Notes: a model not told the origin generated them from the sequence alone. A stretch of 64,000 bases of DNA from Convolutriloba macropyga (GCF_964194025.1 NC_134482.1:5642001-5706000); one strand, 5' to 3'. Numbered from the stretch's first letter, positions 1-10,399 are shown. A program made the numbers and translations.

Positions 1-1426
1 ACCCATTCTGCAATTCAAGAGCGTTCGGGTACATGGGGTTGCAATTAATCAGTGTGAAATTTCTATAGAATACTCTAGAAATGGGTTCCATGTATCTAAT
101 TACTTCTGAAGTGTTGTCAGAAAACACCCTAACTGGTACTTCCTCCGTACAAAACTGATTTTCGACAACATGTACGATTACTTTAGCGCACCTATGGACA
201 TATAGTATTCCTCCCGCTCTTTCTGCGTGTGTACCCAGAGCGTTTTGTTGACTTAAGAAAATTTGGTGTGAATTTCCGTTAATTGATGTCGTTAGAATCA
301 TAGCTCTGTGCAGTTTTTCTATGTGACAATTTAATAACTCTATTTCTTTCAGGTTTTCAAACATGCCTCGAAAATCCCACACAAAAAGTTGATCGAGTTT
401 TATGTCCCTGAGATCTGTCTCAGATATATCTGTTGTTGAAAAATTTTGTTCCGTGGCCGTCAACTTTTCCGTTGTATAAAACAAATTTCTGTGGTTTGTT
501 TCAAAAAGCAGAAAACTGTCTATATGTTTTGTCTTGTTTTTCAACTGGACAACTAATTTTCTTTTTCTGTCTAATTTGCTCGTCAAGTACTTTTTGTTTC
601 CAGCGCGGACTAGTTTTGCTGTTATCGAGTCTGAAAACTTAACGATCGTCAAGATGTTTGGTTTTTTGTCTTGGTCGAACAGATATTGTACTGAATCTAT
701 TTCAAATGTGTCTCCTTGATATAACAAGGTCTGCTCCTGTTTCAAAGGGTCTTTAAAATATAACCATGTTCCTTCATTTGCTTCCCTAGTTTCAATGAAC
801 AAAGTCCCCATGAAAATGTCTGCATTTATCATGATATTACCTTTCTGTGTTTCACCTTTTGGATTGATCCAATCCACGGGGTAGACATAATTCACTCCTT
901 TCTCATTTCCGCCTTTCATGAAAGTTTTTGATATCTTCTGAACAAATTCAGCGTCGGTTCGGTCAATATTCATCTCGTTGAGGACTTCTTTGGGAGCATT
1001 GAATTCAAAATCACCAAGACCCGGTAACCGCGTTTTGTGTCCCTGCCATAGATTTTGACAGACTGACTCTTTTATTGGGTAAAACGTTGGAATTATTTGT
1101 GATTTTTCGTTTAAGTAAGTTGCGTCGTCATACCAACTACTTTTTTTCAGCACAGTTACCGTATATGCAGCCCTGTACATGCAGTATTTTAGTTTACTCA
1201 TGCTGCTTTTGGCGTAGATCAGCCCTCCTTTGTTTACCTGCTCCTCATTTATATGTGACGTTTCACATTTTGTCGGTTCCGTCATTGCAAATTTTTGCGT
1301 CTGTAGAATGTTCTCAAAATCATAACCCACAATCTCCAGGGATTGTGAAAAACCTAATTTGCTAACCAACTGAAGAAGTTTCCAGTTCAACTGCACGATC
1401 CAATGTGGGTTCCACGCACTCTGCAT
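1..1426 (-). CDS. env: env-like class III viral fusion glycoprotein (chuvirus G / herpesvirus gB-like); runs off the window edge
   Basis: Manual translation: ATG at 1426 and 475 codons with no stop to position 2. Motifs LEIVGYD, ETNHRNL, LLNCHIEKLHRAMIL, AGGILYVHRCAKVIV...FCTEEVPV...YMEPISRVFYRNFTLINCNPMYP; sequons NKT, NFS, NTS, NFT. Confidence 0.8.
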   Translation of the reverse strand, partial: MQSAWNPHWIVQLNWKLLQLVSKLGFSQSLEIVGYDFENILQTQKFAMTEPTKCETSHINEEQVNKGGLIYAKSSMSKLKYCMYRAAYTVTVLKKSSWYDDATYLNEKSQIIPTFYPIKESVCQNLWQGHKTRLPGLGDFEFNAPKEVLNEMNIDRTDAEFVQKISKTFMKGGNEKGVNYVYPVDWINPKGETQKGNIMINADIFMGTLFIETREANEGTWLYFKDPLKQEQTLLYQGDTFEIDSVQYLFDQDKKPNILTIVKFSDSITAKLVRAGNKKYLTSKLDRKRKLVVQLKNKTKHIDSFLLFETNHRNLFYTTEKLTATEQNFSTTDISETDLRDIKLDQLFVWDFRGMFENLKEIELLNCHIEKLHRAMILTTSINGNSHQIFLSQQNALGTHAERAGGILYVHRCAKVIVHVVENQFCTEEVPVRVFSDNTSEVIRYMEPISRVFYRNFTLINCNPMYPNALELQNG

Positions 1427-1442
1427 TTTGTCGTATCACCTT

Positions 1443-2144
1443 TTAAAAAAATACATCATTATCAAATTTTTCATCTGAATCGTTATCCTTGAATAAAAAA
1501 TAGTCTTTCAGTTTCCGTGGTCTTGTTATTCCCGACGCACTTCTTGTCTGATATCGTCGTTCGGTGACATTTTGCGAAGTAGAAGCCGTGCTCCTATTTG
1601 GAAATTCTTCGCCTTCACTCCTTTCGGATGCTGACACCAGACTATCCCGCTTCTGCTGTGTGGCTACTTTGGGCGCAGGTATCTTTGTGCTTCTGCTCTT
1701 ATTGTTGGGGTTAGTATTTATTGATTCTCTTGTACTCCCACCCATAGGTGTTTGAAACGATTCGTCTTTGACTGTCTCATTGTGAGTTTCAGTATTAGGA
1801 TTAATTTGACTAATATTTCCTTCAGGTTGAACTTCTCTTCTTTCTGTGTCATTCTGTTTTGGGGTCACCACTTCAATTTCCACAAAATCATTGTCCTCCG
1901 TAAGGTTGTTTTGTGTTATTTTCGGTTCAATCTTTCCCTTCTTAGGTTCTTTTTTATCGGTGGTAGCACTTCTACTGTTAAAACGTTTGAGTCGATCGTA
2001 GTGGACCTTTTGTTGTTTTTTTGTTTTCACATCCTCAATAACAAAGTTCAGATCGTTTATTATTTCACGTATTACCTGCGGTCCGCTGTAAAAGGATTTA
2101 AATTTCTTTGTCTGGCCAGTTTTTATTGTGGGGTTGAACAACAT
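1443..2144 (-). pseudogene. Gypsy integrase C-terminus (GPY/F region) plus low-complexity tail; same frame as pol, separated by two TAA codons
   Basis: FYSGPQVIREIINDLNFVI...VHYDRLKRF; in frame with 2280..6149; stops at 2280-2282 and 2193-2195. Confidence 0.85.
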
Positions 2145-2279
2145 TACTAAATCACCTACTTCATATTGTGGTCCAAATGTGCTACGGTCATATTAGGTTT
2201 TTTGTCTTTGTTGCTCCACATCCATGCTTTCCCGTACCAGCTCATGGCACGTTTGTAGTTCATCTTTCAAGCAACGAAC

Positions 2280-5200
2280 TTAATCACTCAAAGTTGGGTA
2301 GATTTTGGTTTGTATTGTTTGATACATGCAATCAATCGGCAGCGCGCATGATCGTCCAAAAAGGAGGTAAAAGGGGCTGTACTTCGTAACAGAGTGAATT
2401 GATGATCTGTACGCCATCATTACTAGCGGAAGGTAGTCGCTCCAGGTGTTGTAATGTTCACCCACGTATTTTGCAAGACTCTCTTCGATTGTGCGATTGG
2501 TGCGCTCTATCATTGCGTTTCCTTGAGGGTGATAAGCTGTTGTTGAAGTCCTGTTAATTCCCAGCTCTTTACACATGTTCTTGAAAAGATTCGACATAAA
2601 ATTACTGCCCTTGTCGCTATGAAGATTTGCCGGACAACCAAACCTTGAAACCCATACATTTACAAAGGCCTTAGCGACCGTTGAAGCTTCTTGGTTGCTC
2701 ATGGGAATTGCTTCATACCATTTTGTAAATTGATCTCCAATTAACAGAATGTATTTGTTTCCGCTGGACTCGGGTAAAGGTCCCATAATGTCTAAGGCAA
2801 CTTGCCAGAACGGATGACTTGGTTTCCACGTTGTCAGACTGTGTATGTGTTTCTGGTGTGGAGATTTCTTTTGACAGCATTCTTCGCAAGAACTTACCCA
2901 CTCATGGACATCTTTTTTCATCCCGGGCCAGTAGAATCGTTCTCGAACCCGATCAAATGTCTTGGCCATACCAAAGTGTCCGCAATGTTCATGAAGGAAA
3001 GGTAGAATTTCTTTTAAAAGTGATCTCTGAATGACTATTTGTGTTAAGTTATTAATTTCGTCAATATGTTTCTGTCTCTTGATTAGATCATTTTCAATCC
3101 GTAAGTTTCTGAAATCAGTCCAAAGTTTCCACAGTGCCCTAGAGGCTCCTGCCATGTGTTTTCTTTGAGGGCGTTTCCCGTTCTCAATCCAGTTTCTCAG
3201 TATAATGAGGTCGGCTGCATTTTTCTGATGTTCAACTAGTTGTTCAACAGATTTCCCTAGTCCAATGGACCAGATATTTTTTTCTTCCGTATTTATTTGG
3301 TTCACTTGATTGCAGTCTTCGACTTGGTCTTCAGTCTGTGGAACTCTCGACAGACAGTCCGCGTGAGGGATCTTTTTTCCCGCTTCGTGTTTGATTTCAA
3401 AGTCAAACTGTCCGAGCTTTTCTATCCACCGGGCCAATAATCCGTCTGGTTCTTTAAAACTATATAACCACGTGAGGGCCCTATGGTCAGTAACAATTAA
3501 AAATTTTTGTCCAAGAAGATAATTTCTGAAGTGTTGAGTAAAATAAACTATTGCAAAAAGTTCTCGTTTTGTCGCAGAATAGTTTTGTTGACTTTTGCTG
3601 AGCGTTTTGCTTGCGTATGCAATAACTCTTTCACTCCATTGTTGTCTTTGGGAAATAATTGCGCCAATTCCAAACAAAGAGGCGTCGGTGGTTAACGTAT
3701 AGGGATCCGTGTCATTCGGATAACCCAAAATCGGTGCTTTCTGTAAAGCTTGTTTTAGTTGTTCAACTGCTGATTCGCATTCCTTGCTCCAAGTAAAACG
3801 TTCTTTTTTGTTTAATAGCTTATAAAGCGGCTCTGCTATTTTTCCGAAATCTTGTATGAATCTTCTGTAAAAGCCTACTAGTCCTAATATAGCTCTCAAT
3901 TCTTTTATTGTTCGTGGGCTTTTCATTTCACTGACTGCCGCTACTTTCTCCGGATCCACTTCTACGCCTTTATTTGATACAATGTGTCCCAGGAAATGAA
4001 TTTTTTCCTGAAAAAACCTGCATTTTGAGCCTTTTATTTTCAATCCAGCGTCTTTAAGTCGCCCAAGTACCAGATCTAGGCGCTTGAGATGCTCCTCAAA
4101 GGATCTACCGAAGATGATTATGTCATCCAGGTATACTAGAGCCACTTCATAGGAGAGTCCCGACATGATCAATTCCATTAAATTTTGAAAAGCTCCTGGC
4201 GCTGACGCCAAACCCATGGGTAGTCTCTTCCATTTGTAGAGTCCCATTGGAGTTACAAAGGCTGTCACGTTTTGTGACTCTTCATCGAGTGCCATTTGAA
4301 AATATCCCGATGTCAAATCGATATTGGAAAAGTAACAATTTCCATCTAGAGAATCAATAACGTCATTTATTCTTGGTAGCGGCCAACTGGTTTTCTTGAT
4401 TTGTTTATTCAAACCTCTGTAATCTACAACTAGTCTGTAGCTACCATCTTTCTTCTTCACCAATATTGATGGTGCTGCCCAATACGAATGGGTTGGTTCA
4501 ATTACTTTTGCATCCTCTAGATCTTCGACAATTTTTTTCATTGCTTTTCTTTTGTCAAAACTCATACTGCAATAACTTCTTCTGAACGGCTCTGCATCTT
4601 TGTTGAGTTTAATCTGGTGTTTAATTTTGTCACAATATCCTAAGTCATTTGAGTTTCGTGAGAAGACTTGTTGATGTCTCGTGAACAATTCTTGTACTTT
4701 CTCTTTCTGCTTGTCATTTAGTTTAGAACCTTCCAAGTTTGCGTGTTTTCCCATTTGAAAAATTTCTAATGTTTTTGGCTTATTTTGATTTGTGAAAATT
4801 CCATTCACAACTAAGTTCTGTTTGTTTTCAAAGTAAGTTCCCACTTTAGTGTTTTTATACACGGTTACTGGTGCGTCCGTTAGATTTAACACTTTTATCA
4901 AACTCCAACCATCTTCCATTGATATCATACAGGCGGCTAAAAACAAACCAGTCTTTACTTCAAAATCTCCAATTGCTTCCACTAATCCTTCCACTCCCGG
5001 AATTTCTTCTCCGTTTTCATCAGCTAATCTAATTTTGATTAGATTTTCGTTTTTACTCTGTATATAAGTGTTTTGTCCCGCAATTGCAAAAACTTGAACA
5101 CCTTGCGTTTTCTCTGTGGTGAGCGGTATTGAAACTTTAAAGTGACTGCTATATAGTTTCTCTTCGTGTAAGTTCAATACGCATTTATTGGTTTTCAGGA

Positions 5201-6149
5201 AATCAATTCCCAGTAGACATTCTATACCTTCGTCTGCCGTTATCACAAACTCTTGTTCGACCTCCGGTAGTCTTGGTTGCATCTGTACCAAAAGCGTTAC
5301 TCTGCCTATTATTTTGACAGCTGAGTTATTGGCTGTTAACACTCGTTTTGTGTATGTTTGTACAATTCCCGGTTTTCCCAGTTTTTCGTATGTGGACCAG
5401 CTCAAAAGCGATAAACTACTTCCACTGTCTATTAATCCAACGCATCTGTTCCCATGAAGTATGATTTCTGCGTTTAGACATTTAATTGTGTTTGTCGAAC
5501 AAACTCTAATGACATTGCAGTTCTCGGTGGTTTTCTTTTTAAAAGGGCAGTTTCTTTTCAAGTGTTGGGAACTTCCACATAGGAAACAATTTCGACAATT
5601 CCTCGAAAGGTGTCCTTCTTGTCCACAGGCTCTGCACTTGAAACCCTGCCTGTCGTTCCTCCTAGACGGTTCCTCTCTTCCAAAAGATCTGTCTCGGTGA
5701 CTAGGTCCTGGCGTTGGAAATCGCCGCCGATCTTTAAACCCACGATCTTGTTGCTGTCCTCTGTCACGTCTGTCGTCACCCCACCGTCCCCGGCAACCAC
5801 TTCGCTCCGTAGATTGGTTTCGACGGTTTTCTCGCTGTTTGTCATCTACTGACAATTGGTTCACAAGCTTGGTGACGGCCTCCACTAAATCTTTTGTTTC
5901 ATCTCGTCTAATTACCGCAACTTTTGGTGTTTGCTCTTCCTCCTCTATTCTTGTTACAGCTTCCAGATGCAATGCTCTTTCCAAAACTGTTTCAATTTTC
6001 ATATCCTTGTCGCCAATTTGCTTTCTTAGATCTGACCTCACCTGACTATGGTTGATTCCTTCTAGAAATCCTCTCAGAACGAGATGGTCTCTAATGTCTT
6101 GCGACTCCGTTGGGTAAGCTTTCAAAGCCAACTGCTTTAAATCTCCCAA
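2280..6149 (-). CDS. pol: Gypsy gag-pol polyprotein, main part: zinc knuckles, aspartic protease, RT, RNase H, integrase core
   Basis: CRACGQEGHLSRNC and CFLCGSSQHLKRNC; LIDSGS; YLDDII; TTDASLFGIGA / TDHRAL; HEHCGHFG...CEEC; DIMGP, SDKGSNF, ERTNRT. Confidence 0.97.
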   Translation of the reverse strand: MGDLKQLALKAYPTESQDIRDHLVLRGFLEGINHSQVRSDLRKQIGDKDMKIETVLERALHLEAVTRIEEEEQTPKVAVIRRDETKDLVEAVTKLVNQLSVDDKQRENRRNQSTERSGCRGRWGDDRRDRGQQQDRGFKDRRRFPTPGPSHRDRSFGREEPSRRNDRQGFKCRACGQEGHLSRNCRNCFLCGSSQHLKRNCPFKKKTTENCNVIRVCSTNTIKCLNAEIILHGNRCVGLIDSGSSLSLLSWSTYEKLGKPGIVQTYTKRVLTANNSAVKIIGRVTLLVQMQPRLPEVEQEFVITADEGIECLLGIDFLKTNKCVLNLHEEKLYSSHFKVSIPLTTEKTQGVQVFAIAGQNTYIQSKNENLIKIRLADENGEEIPGVEGLVEAIGDFEVKTGLFLAACMISMEDGWSLIKVLNLTDAPVTVYKNTKVGTYFENKQNLVVNGIFTNQNKPKTLEIFQMGKHANLEGSKLNDKQKEKVQELFTRHQQVFSRNSNDLGYCDKIKHQIKLNKDAEPFRRSYCSMSFDKRKAMKKIVEDLEDAKVIEPTHSYWAAPSILVKKKDGSYRLVVDYRGLNKQIKKTSWPLPRINDVIDSLDGNCYFSNIDLTSGYFQMALDEESQNVTAFVTPMGLYKWKRLPMGLASAPGAFQNLMELIMSGLSYEVALVYLDDIIIFGRSFEEHLKRLDLVLGRLKDAGLKIKGSKCRFFQEKIHFLGHIVSNKGVEVDPEKVAAVSEMKSPRTIKELRAILGLVGFYRRFIQDFGKIAEPLYKLLNKKERFTWSKECESAVEQLKQALQKAPILGYPNDTDPYTLTTDASLFGIGAIISQRQQWSERVIAYASKTLSKSQQNYSATKRELFAIVYFTQHFRNYLLGQKFLIVTDHRALTWLYSFKEPDGLLARWIEKLGQFDFEIKHEAGKKIPHADCLSRVPQTEDQVEDCNQVNQINTEEKNIWSIGLGKSVEQLVEHQKNAADLIILRNWIENGKRPQRKHMAGASRALWKLWTDFRNLRIENDLIKRQKHIDEINNLTQIVIQRSLLKEILPFLHEHCGHFGMAKTFDRVRERFYWPGMKKDVHEWVSSCEECCQKKSPHQKHIHSLTTWKPSHPFWQVALDIMGPLPESSGNKYILLIGDQFTKWYEAIPMSNQEASTVAKAFVNVWVSRFGCPANLHSDKGSNFMSNLFKNMCKELGINRTSTTAYHPQGNAMIERTNRTIEESLAKYVGEHYNTWSDYLPLVMMAYRSSIHSVTKYSPFYLLFGRSCALPIDCMYQTIQTKIYPTLSD

Positions 6150-6169
6150 AAAATCAGTCAGTTTTTCTC

Positions 6170-6478
6170 CTAGTCAGCTAGCCGTCCCCGGAAAACGACC
6201 GGTTTTTCGCTGTAGTGTTCTCGAAAAGCTTTAACGCATTCATCATAATTTTCTCGTGTAGCTTGCGGTAGAGTGCGATAGAACTCTATGGCAGATTTTT
6301 GTAGCCTAAGTGCAAAGTAATGCGGCCGTTCATCAACTTCGCGAGCCGGATCTCCTTCAGTTCTTTTCCACTTTTGTAGTTCCGCTAATAGCTCAAAATG
6401 CGTCACGTAACTTTCCAAGTCGTTTGAACCGGTAAATGCTTCCGGTAATAGCATTCTAGAGGTTGAGCCCGTTGCCAT
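6170..6478 (-). pseudogene. gag: Gypsy gag N-terminus, cut off from the rest of gag-pol by a small indel at ~6160-6180
   Basis: LPEAFTGSNDLESYVTHFE...VVFRGRLA; GEKLTDFLGDLKQLA then continues in the pol frame. Confidence 0.85.
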
Positions 6479-7515
6479 TTTATCGTTCCCCTACTTGTAT
6501 CGTGCCCTTTTAAAACTTTGTTAAGTTGTTGAAATTAATAGTTTCTATAAAAAAATTGTCAAGTAGATCGTCACCGGCAGGTGTTTTCTATTTTTAACGT
6601 CGAATTCTTGTAGCACTCTCTGTTTTTTTACTGTTTAAAAACTTTTCTCTATAAAAATCTAACGCTTATTTCAATACGGTATTTCTCTTTTTTTTATACT
6701 TATTTATTTATTCTACTTTATTTTTAAGGAAGTTTTAATTTACAGTTTTATAGACGACTGTCCCACCTGATTTCTGTTTTTTTTTAATATGATTTTGGCT
6801 GAACTTCGATTTTCCTTGTTTTATTGATGTTTTTAATATATTTTCTTTTCTATTTACGGCAAGGATGATATTAGGTGCTTTAGTTTTCTTTTAATTTCCC
6901 CTACTTATTGTTACCTGATCAACTTTTTTCGCTTTATATTCTCTTTTTTTTAATGGTAGTTTCAGAAAAAGTCAATATATAACTTTCAGCAACTGTTTCA
7001 ATTGATTCAACAAGGCGACTATCCCGCACTGTTTTTTTTGTTTTTTTTTCCAATGGTTATGCCGCTCGTTTTCTAGAACTCAACTTAGCAACTAAGGTCA
7101 AAAAAAATATTTCCTTGACTAATAGGAATTACGCAGTGGCGATCAGTTTCAATTACGAACGACAAAAACAAGAAAGAACCCTTTTTTTCTACTCACTTTG
7201 TATGATGCGGTCTTTCCTTTCAGAGAAGTTTCTGTCTCCACCAACGAGTAAAAGATAGCACCACGCGAGTAAATTCCCACTTGCTTTCCTGCGACTGATG
7301 TCCTGTGACTGATGTCCCCCGCTGTGGCTTCTGCAATTGACTCCCACACAAATTGGTGGAAATGGGTGGTAATTGAAGATTTGATATCCCAAATGTTTGT
7401 GTTAGTATTGAGAATAATTCGATTCTCGGAGTTTTTGGGGTTAAAGTGCTTTTTATTGGCGTCTCCCTACCGACAAATTTGTTAAAAATTTTAAAATGTT
7501 AACTTTCCTTTAAAT

Positions 7516-7526
7516 CTCTGTCGCCA
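7516..7526 (-). promoter_or_regulatory. Primer-binding site (TGGCGACAGAG), possibly for a tRNA-Ser
   Basis: Starts with TGG one nt after the LTR end CA; tRNA identity inferred from a 3' end of ...GUCGCCA. Confidence 0.75.
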
Positions 7527-7527
7527 G

Positions 7528-8129
7528 TGTAATATCCGTGCACTGTCAACGGTTACGGTTTGGGTTGGATGTTATTCCTAAGCACTTTAAACCTCGGAGT
7601 TACTGAGGAAAATTTTCCAAGTTTCAGACTTGAATTTAATGGAGCAAATGTAAAAGTTCAATCAGTTTAATGCAAAATTAGATCAATTGCTTGTAAATAT
7701 TAGAAGATTTGTGAAGATGAGAGATGTAGAGCAATTAAAGAGAGGCAGCTCGATTGTGTAAGGTTTAGGTTTGAATATGTTCTTTGGTTTCAGTCCTATC
7801 AATGGTTAATTATTCTTAGGTTATTTTTACCCATTTTCGTTAATCTCCGTGGGATTTTCTCATAGTTATTTTCTACCGCATGGGTCCCTGTTAGTTAAAC
7901 TAACAGATAACAGGTTTACCTGCTTTGACGAATCCCGTCATGAACCAACATTCCTTGACGTGTCCCGTCAAGGTTAAATTCTATGATGATTCCCATCATT
8001 ATTTATGATGCTTTCTCTATATTGTTAAAATCCGGTTTACTATTAGTAACCATCTCTTTTTGTTCTCCTTTTTGTTTATGAAAATTTCGCATTATGCGCT
8101 TAATATGTAATTTATGAGCATGTCATACA
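7528..8129 (-). repeat. 5' LTR of the Gypsy element (~600 bp)
   Basis: Minus strand reads TGTATGAC...GGATATTACA (TG..CA termini) next to the PBS. The outer edge is blurred by a 12-mer array and the partner LTR is not in the window. Confidence 0.7.
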
Positions 8130-8226
8130 TTATGGTTCACTATATGTCATACATTATGTCATACATTATGTCATACATTATGTCATACATTATGTCATAC
8201 TATGTCATACATTATGGTTCACTATA
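8120..8226. repeat. 12-bp tandem repeat (ATGTCATACATT)n at the LTR/flank junction
   Basis: Directly visible; bracketed by two copies of TGTCATACATTATGGTTCACTATA. Confidence 0.9.
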
Positions 8227-9240
8227 GACTGATACCGGCAAAATCTTAAATTTCCGTAGGTGTTCACCGTTACAACATAAGACAAAAATGTGATTCAAGG
8301 TACTGTAATCGGGAGATCTGGAGCAAAAATCAGTATCCAACTGAGTGGTCTTCCAGTATTGTTAATGAGACGTTGCATAAATTAGTCATGAAGGATAAGG
8401 TTACGGCAAAGCCCCCCAAAAATGAAAACATGTCAATTAAAAGGCTCAACAAAAAAACTTAAAACGATTTTTATTGTTCGGAACACAAAAAAAATCACTC
8501 AAACTTTTGCAAAGAGACTGAAAAAACTGTGTGATATGCAAATCATGTTCACAACGAAAAAATTAAAAACTTGCTTGCCCACCATGAAATCCTCTTTCGA
8601 TAAAAATCTGAAATTGCACATGGTATATAAAATTACATATAAAGGATCCAGTTCTATCTATGTAGCCCAAACCAGCCGACATGTTACCAATAGATTTTCG
8701 GAGCATCATAAGAAAGATTCTTCTGTGGGACAACAGCTCGTGGAATGTTGTGGTACAGCGCATAATTTTGAATCGGACATTCTAGATGCATGTTTCGGGG
8801 CTAAAGACCTAACAAAAATTGAAACGACCTACATCAAAAAGCCGAAACTGCAGCTAAATACGCGCGACGAGTAACGGGTATGGGAGTTGACATTGAAGGA
8901 ATAACTCAAATGCAAAAATCTGATTTTAACATTCAAAAATTATTCTGGTACATGTTAATCTGAAAATTGTCAACCCAAACAAACAGAGGATATTAACAGA
9001 TGGGAGTGAAAGTAAAAACTCTTTTTCAGGAATAGTTCGTTGAGTTCGTTGTTATTCAAACTCAACTCTTAGAGTTCAATAGATAGAGTCAAGACAAGTT
9101 TATATACTTTGTAAACACTTTTATTCAATAGTTCAACCTGAGGACGAAGGCAATGTTCGAAAACCTATTTTTAAAGAATCTTTTCGATTTTTAATGGACA
9201 ATTCTTTTCTCTGCGGTTAGTACTGAAATATGCAAACTTG
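8212..9240 (+). mobile_element. Penelope-like element remnant: RT C-terminus, GIY-YIG endonuclease, 3' region
   Basis: TDTGKILNFRRCSPLQHK at ~8228-8282; ORF 8422..8874 VYKITYKGSSSIYVAQTSRHVTNRFSEH...LQLNTRDE. Confidence 0.85.
9125..9175 (+). ncRNA. Degenerate minimal hammerhead ribozyme motif in the PLE 3' region
   Basis: CTGAGGA-C-GAA-ggcaatg-TTC-GAAA-ACCT; helix III palindrome and UH site are mutated relative to the 48.1-kb motif. Confidence 0.45.
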
Positions 9241-10399
9241 AAGGTACTGAAATGTGCAGTTTTGATCTCTATAGCCAAAAGCAACTGCTTTGCCGAACAG
9301 ATTTTTATGTGTAAATGATATGCAATGCACAGTGAAAAGCAACCCTCAAAAAATGCTCACCAATTTAAGATGTTGCACAAAAAACTGACCCTCACTGAAT
9401 GCCCCTAATAAGAAATGCCCCTCCTTGACGCTGGGTGAGTATTGTCTGGTTCGGTGGCTTCCCAGCAGTACGCCCTCGTAGAGTTTTTCGTTTTTTTTTC
9501 CGAATATTCTTTGGCTCTAGACTACTCATTGATTGATGAACTTATTAAATATATCAACTGCAGCAAGGAACAACTGGAAGATTTCTTAGTCCAATAGTGC
9601 CCAATTGAATTCTACGTGAAAAATCCCAAACTTACGAGTCCCGTCTGCTACAAGCTTCGAAGGGTGAATGCCGATAGGGTTCAACACACTAAAAACATCA
9701 GTACAAATGGTTTTTTAAATAGCAGCCTCTTAATTTAAAAAATCTTAGTGTTCCTAAACTTCAAAATTTTTTGCCCCAGACGCGCGAATACGACACACGT
9801 CCCATTATTTTCCTCAAAAAGCACATACCAAAATTCAGTATCATTCATCCGTTGTAACGACAATTTTTAAGGCAACAAACTTCCTTTACAAGAACTAATC
9901 GAAGTTTCAAAAGAACTCGACAACCTTGCAACCAAATTAATTTTAGTGAATTTTTTGTCAGTGGGATAACACCACGAAGCAAGTCTAATCAGATTTCCAG
10001 TGCTACAAACAACTTGATTCAACGGTTGAGTCGAATTGCGAAGTGGCGATACTGTGGAAAATAGCACGAAATCCACAGCAAAATGCACCATATTGGTTCA
10101 CATGAAGGAGCACGGCTTCAGCGTATTAAACACAAATTAATACAAATTTTTCTCTATCGAAAAAGACAGCGCCGACCCATAGAACATAAAGTGTTCATTA
10201 TTGCGCAACTGCACAAGCTTCAGGCCATGACCCATGAGTGCCTATTTGGTTCTAGCGGCGACCTGTCTGAAAATCCCAATAATGTAGTTTATCATTTTGA
10301 TATGATTAGTGTTCGAGAGTGTGCCTTTGGGTTCTACAGTTCAACACTTTTTTAAATCTAATTTCAAATGTAAAATAGCAAATTAAATGGTCAGCCCGT

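Larger units (their letters stand above)
1..8129 (-). mobile_element. Ty3/Gypsy (Metaviridae-type) LTR retroelement with gag-pol plus env-like third ORF; 3' end outside window
   Basis: Domain order gag(2x CCHC)-PR-RT-RH-INT, 5' LTR ending ...TTACA, then PBS TGGCGACAGAG, ~1 kb leader, and an extra ORF after pol. Confidence 0.95.

Noticed and set aside
433-1365. Short plus-strand ORFs listed in the track
   Set aside because: Antisense shadows of the env-like ORF
6150-6180. Programmed gag/pol frameshift
   Set aside because: The break lies inside the capsid region, far upstream of the zinc knuckles, and several expected residues are missing, so it is a mutational indel
8120-8226. Regular short repeats resembling a CRISPR array
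   Set aside because: 12-bp head-to-tail units with no unique spacers, in eukaryotic TE context
10083-10355. 90-aa ORF kept open in both segmental copies (also the 74-aa pair at 21845/44764)
   Set aside because: The copies differ by several amino-acid changes and show no recognisable domain; persistence is explained by recent duplication
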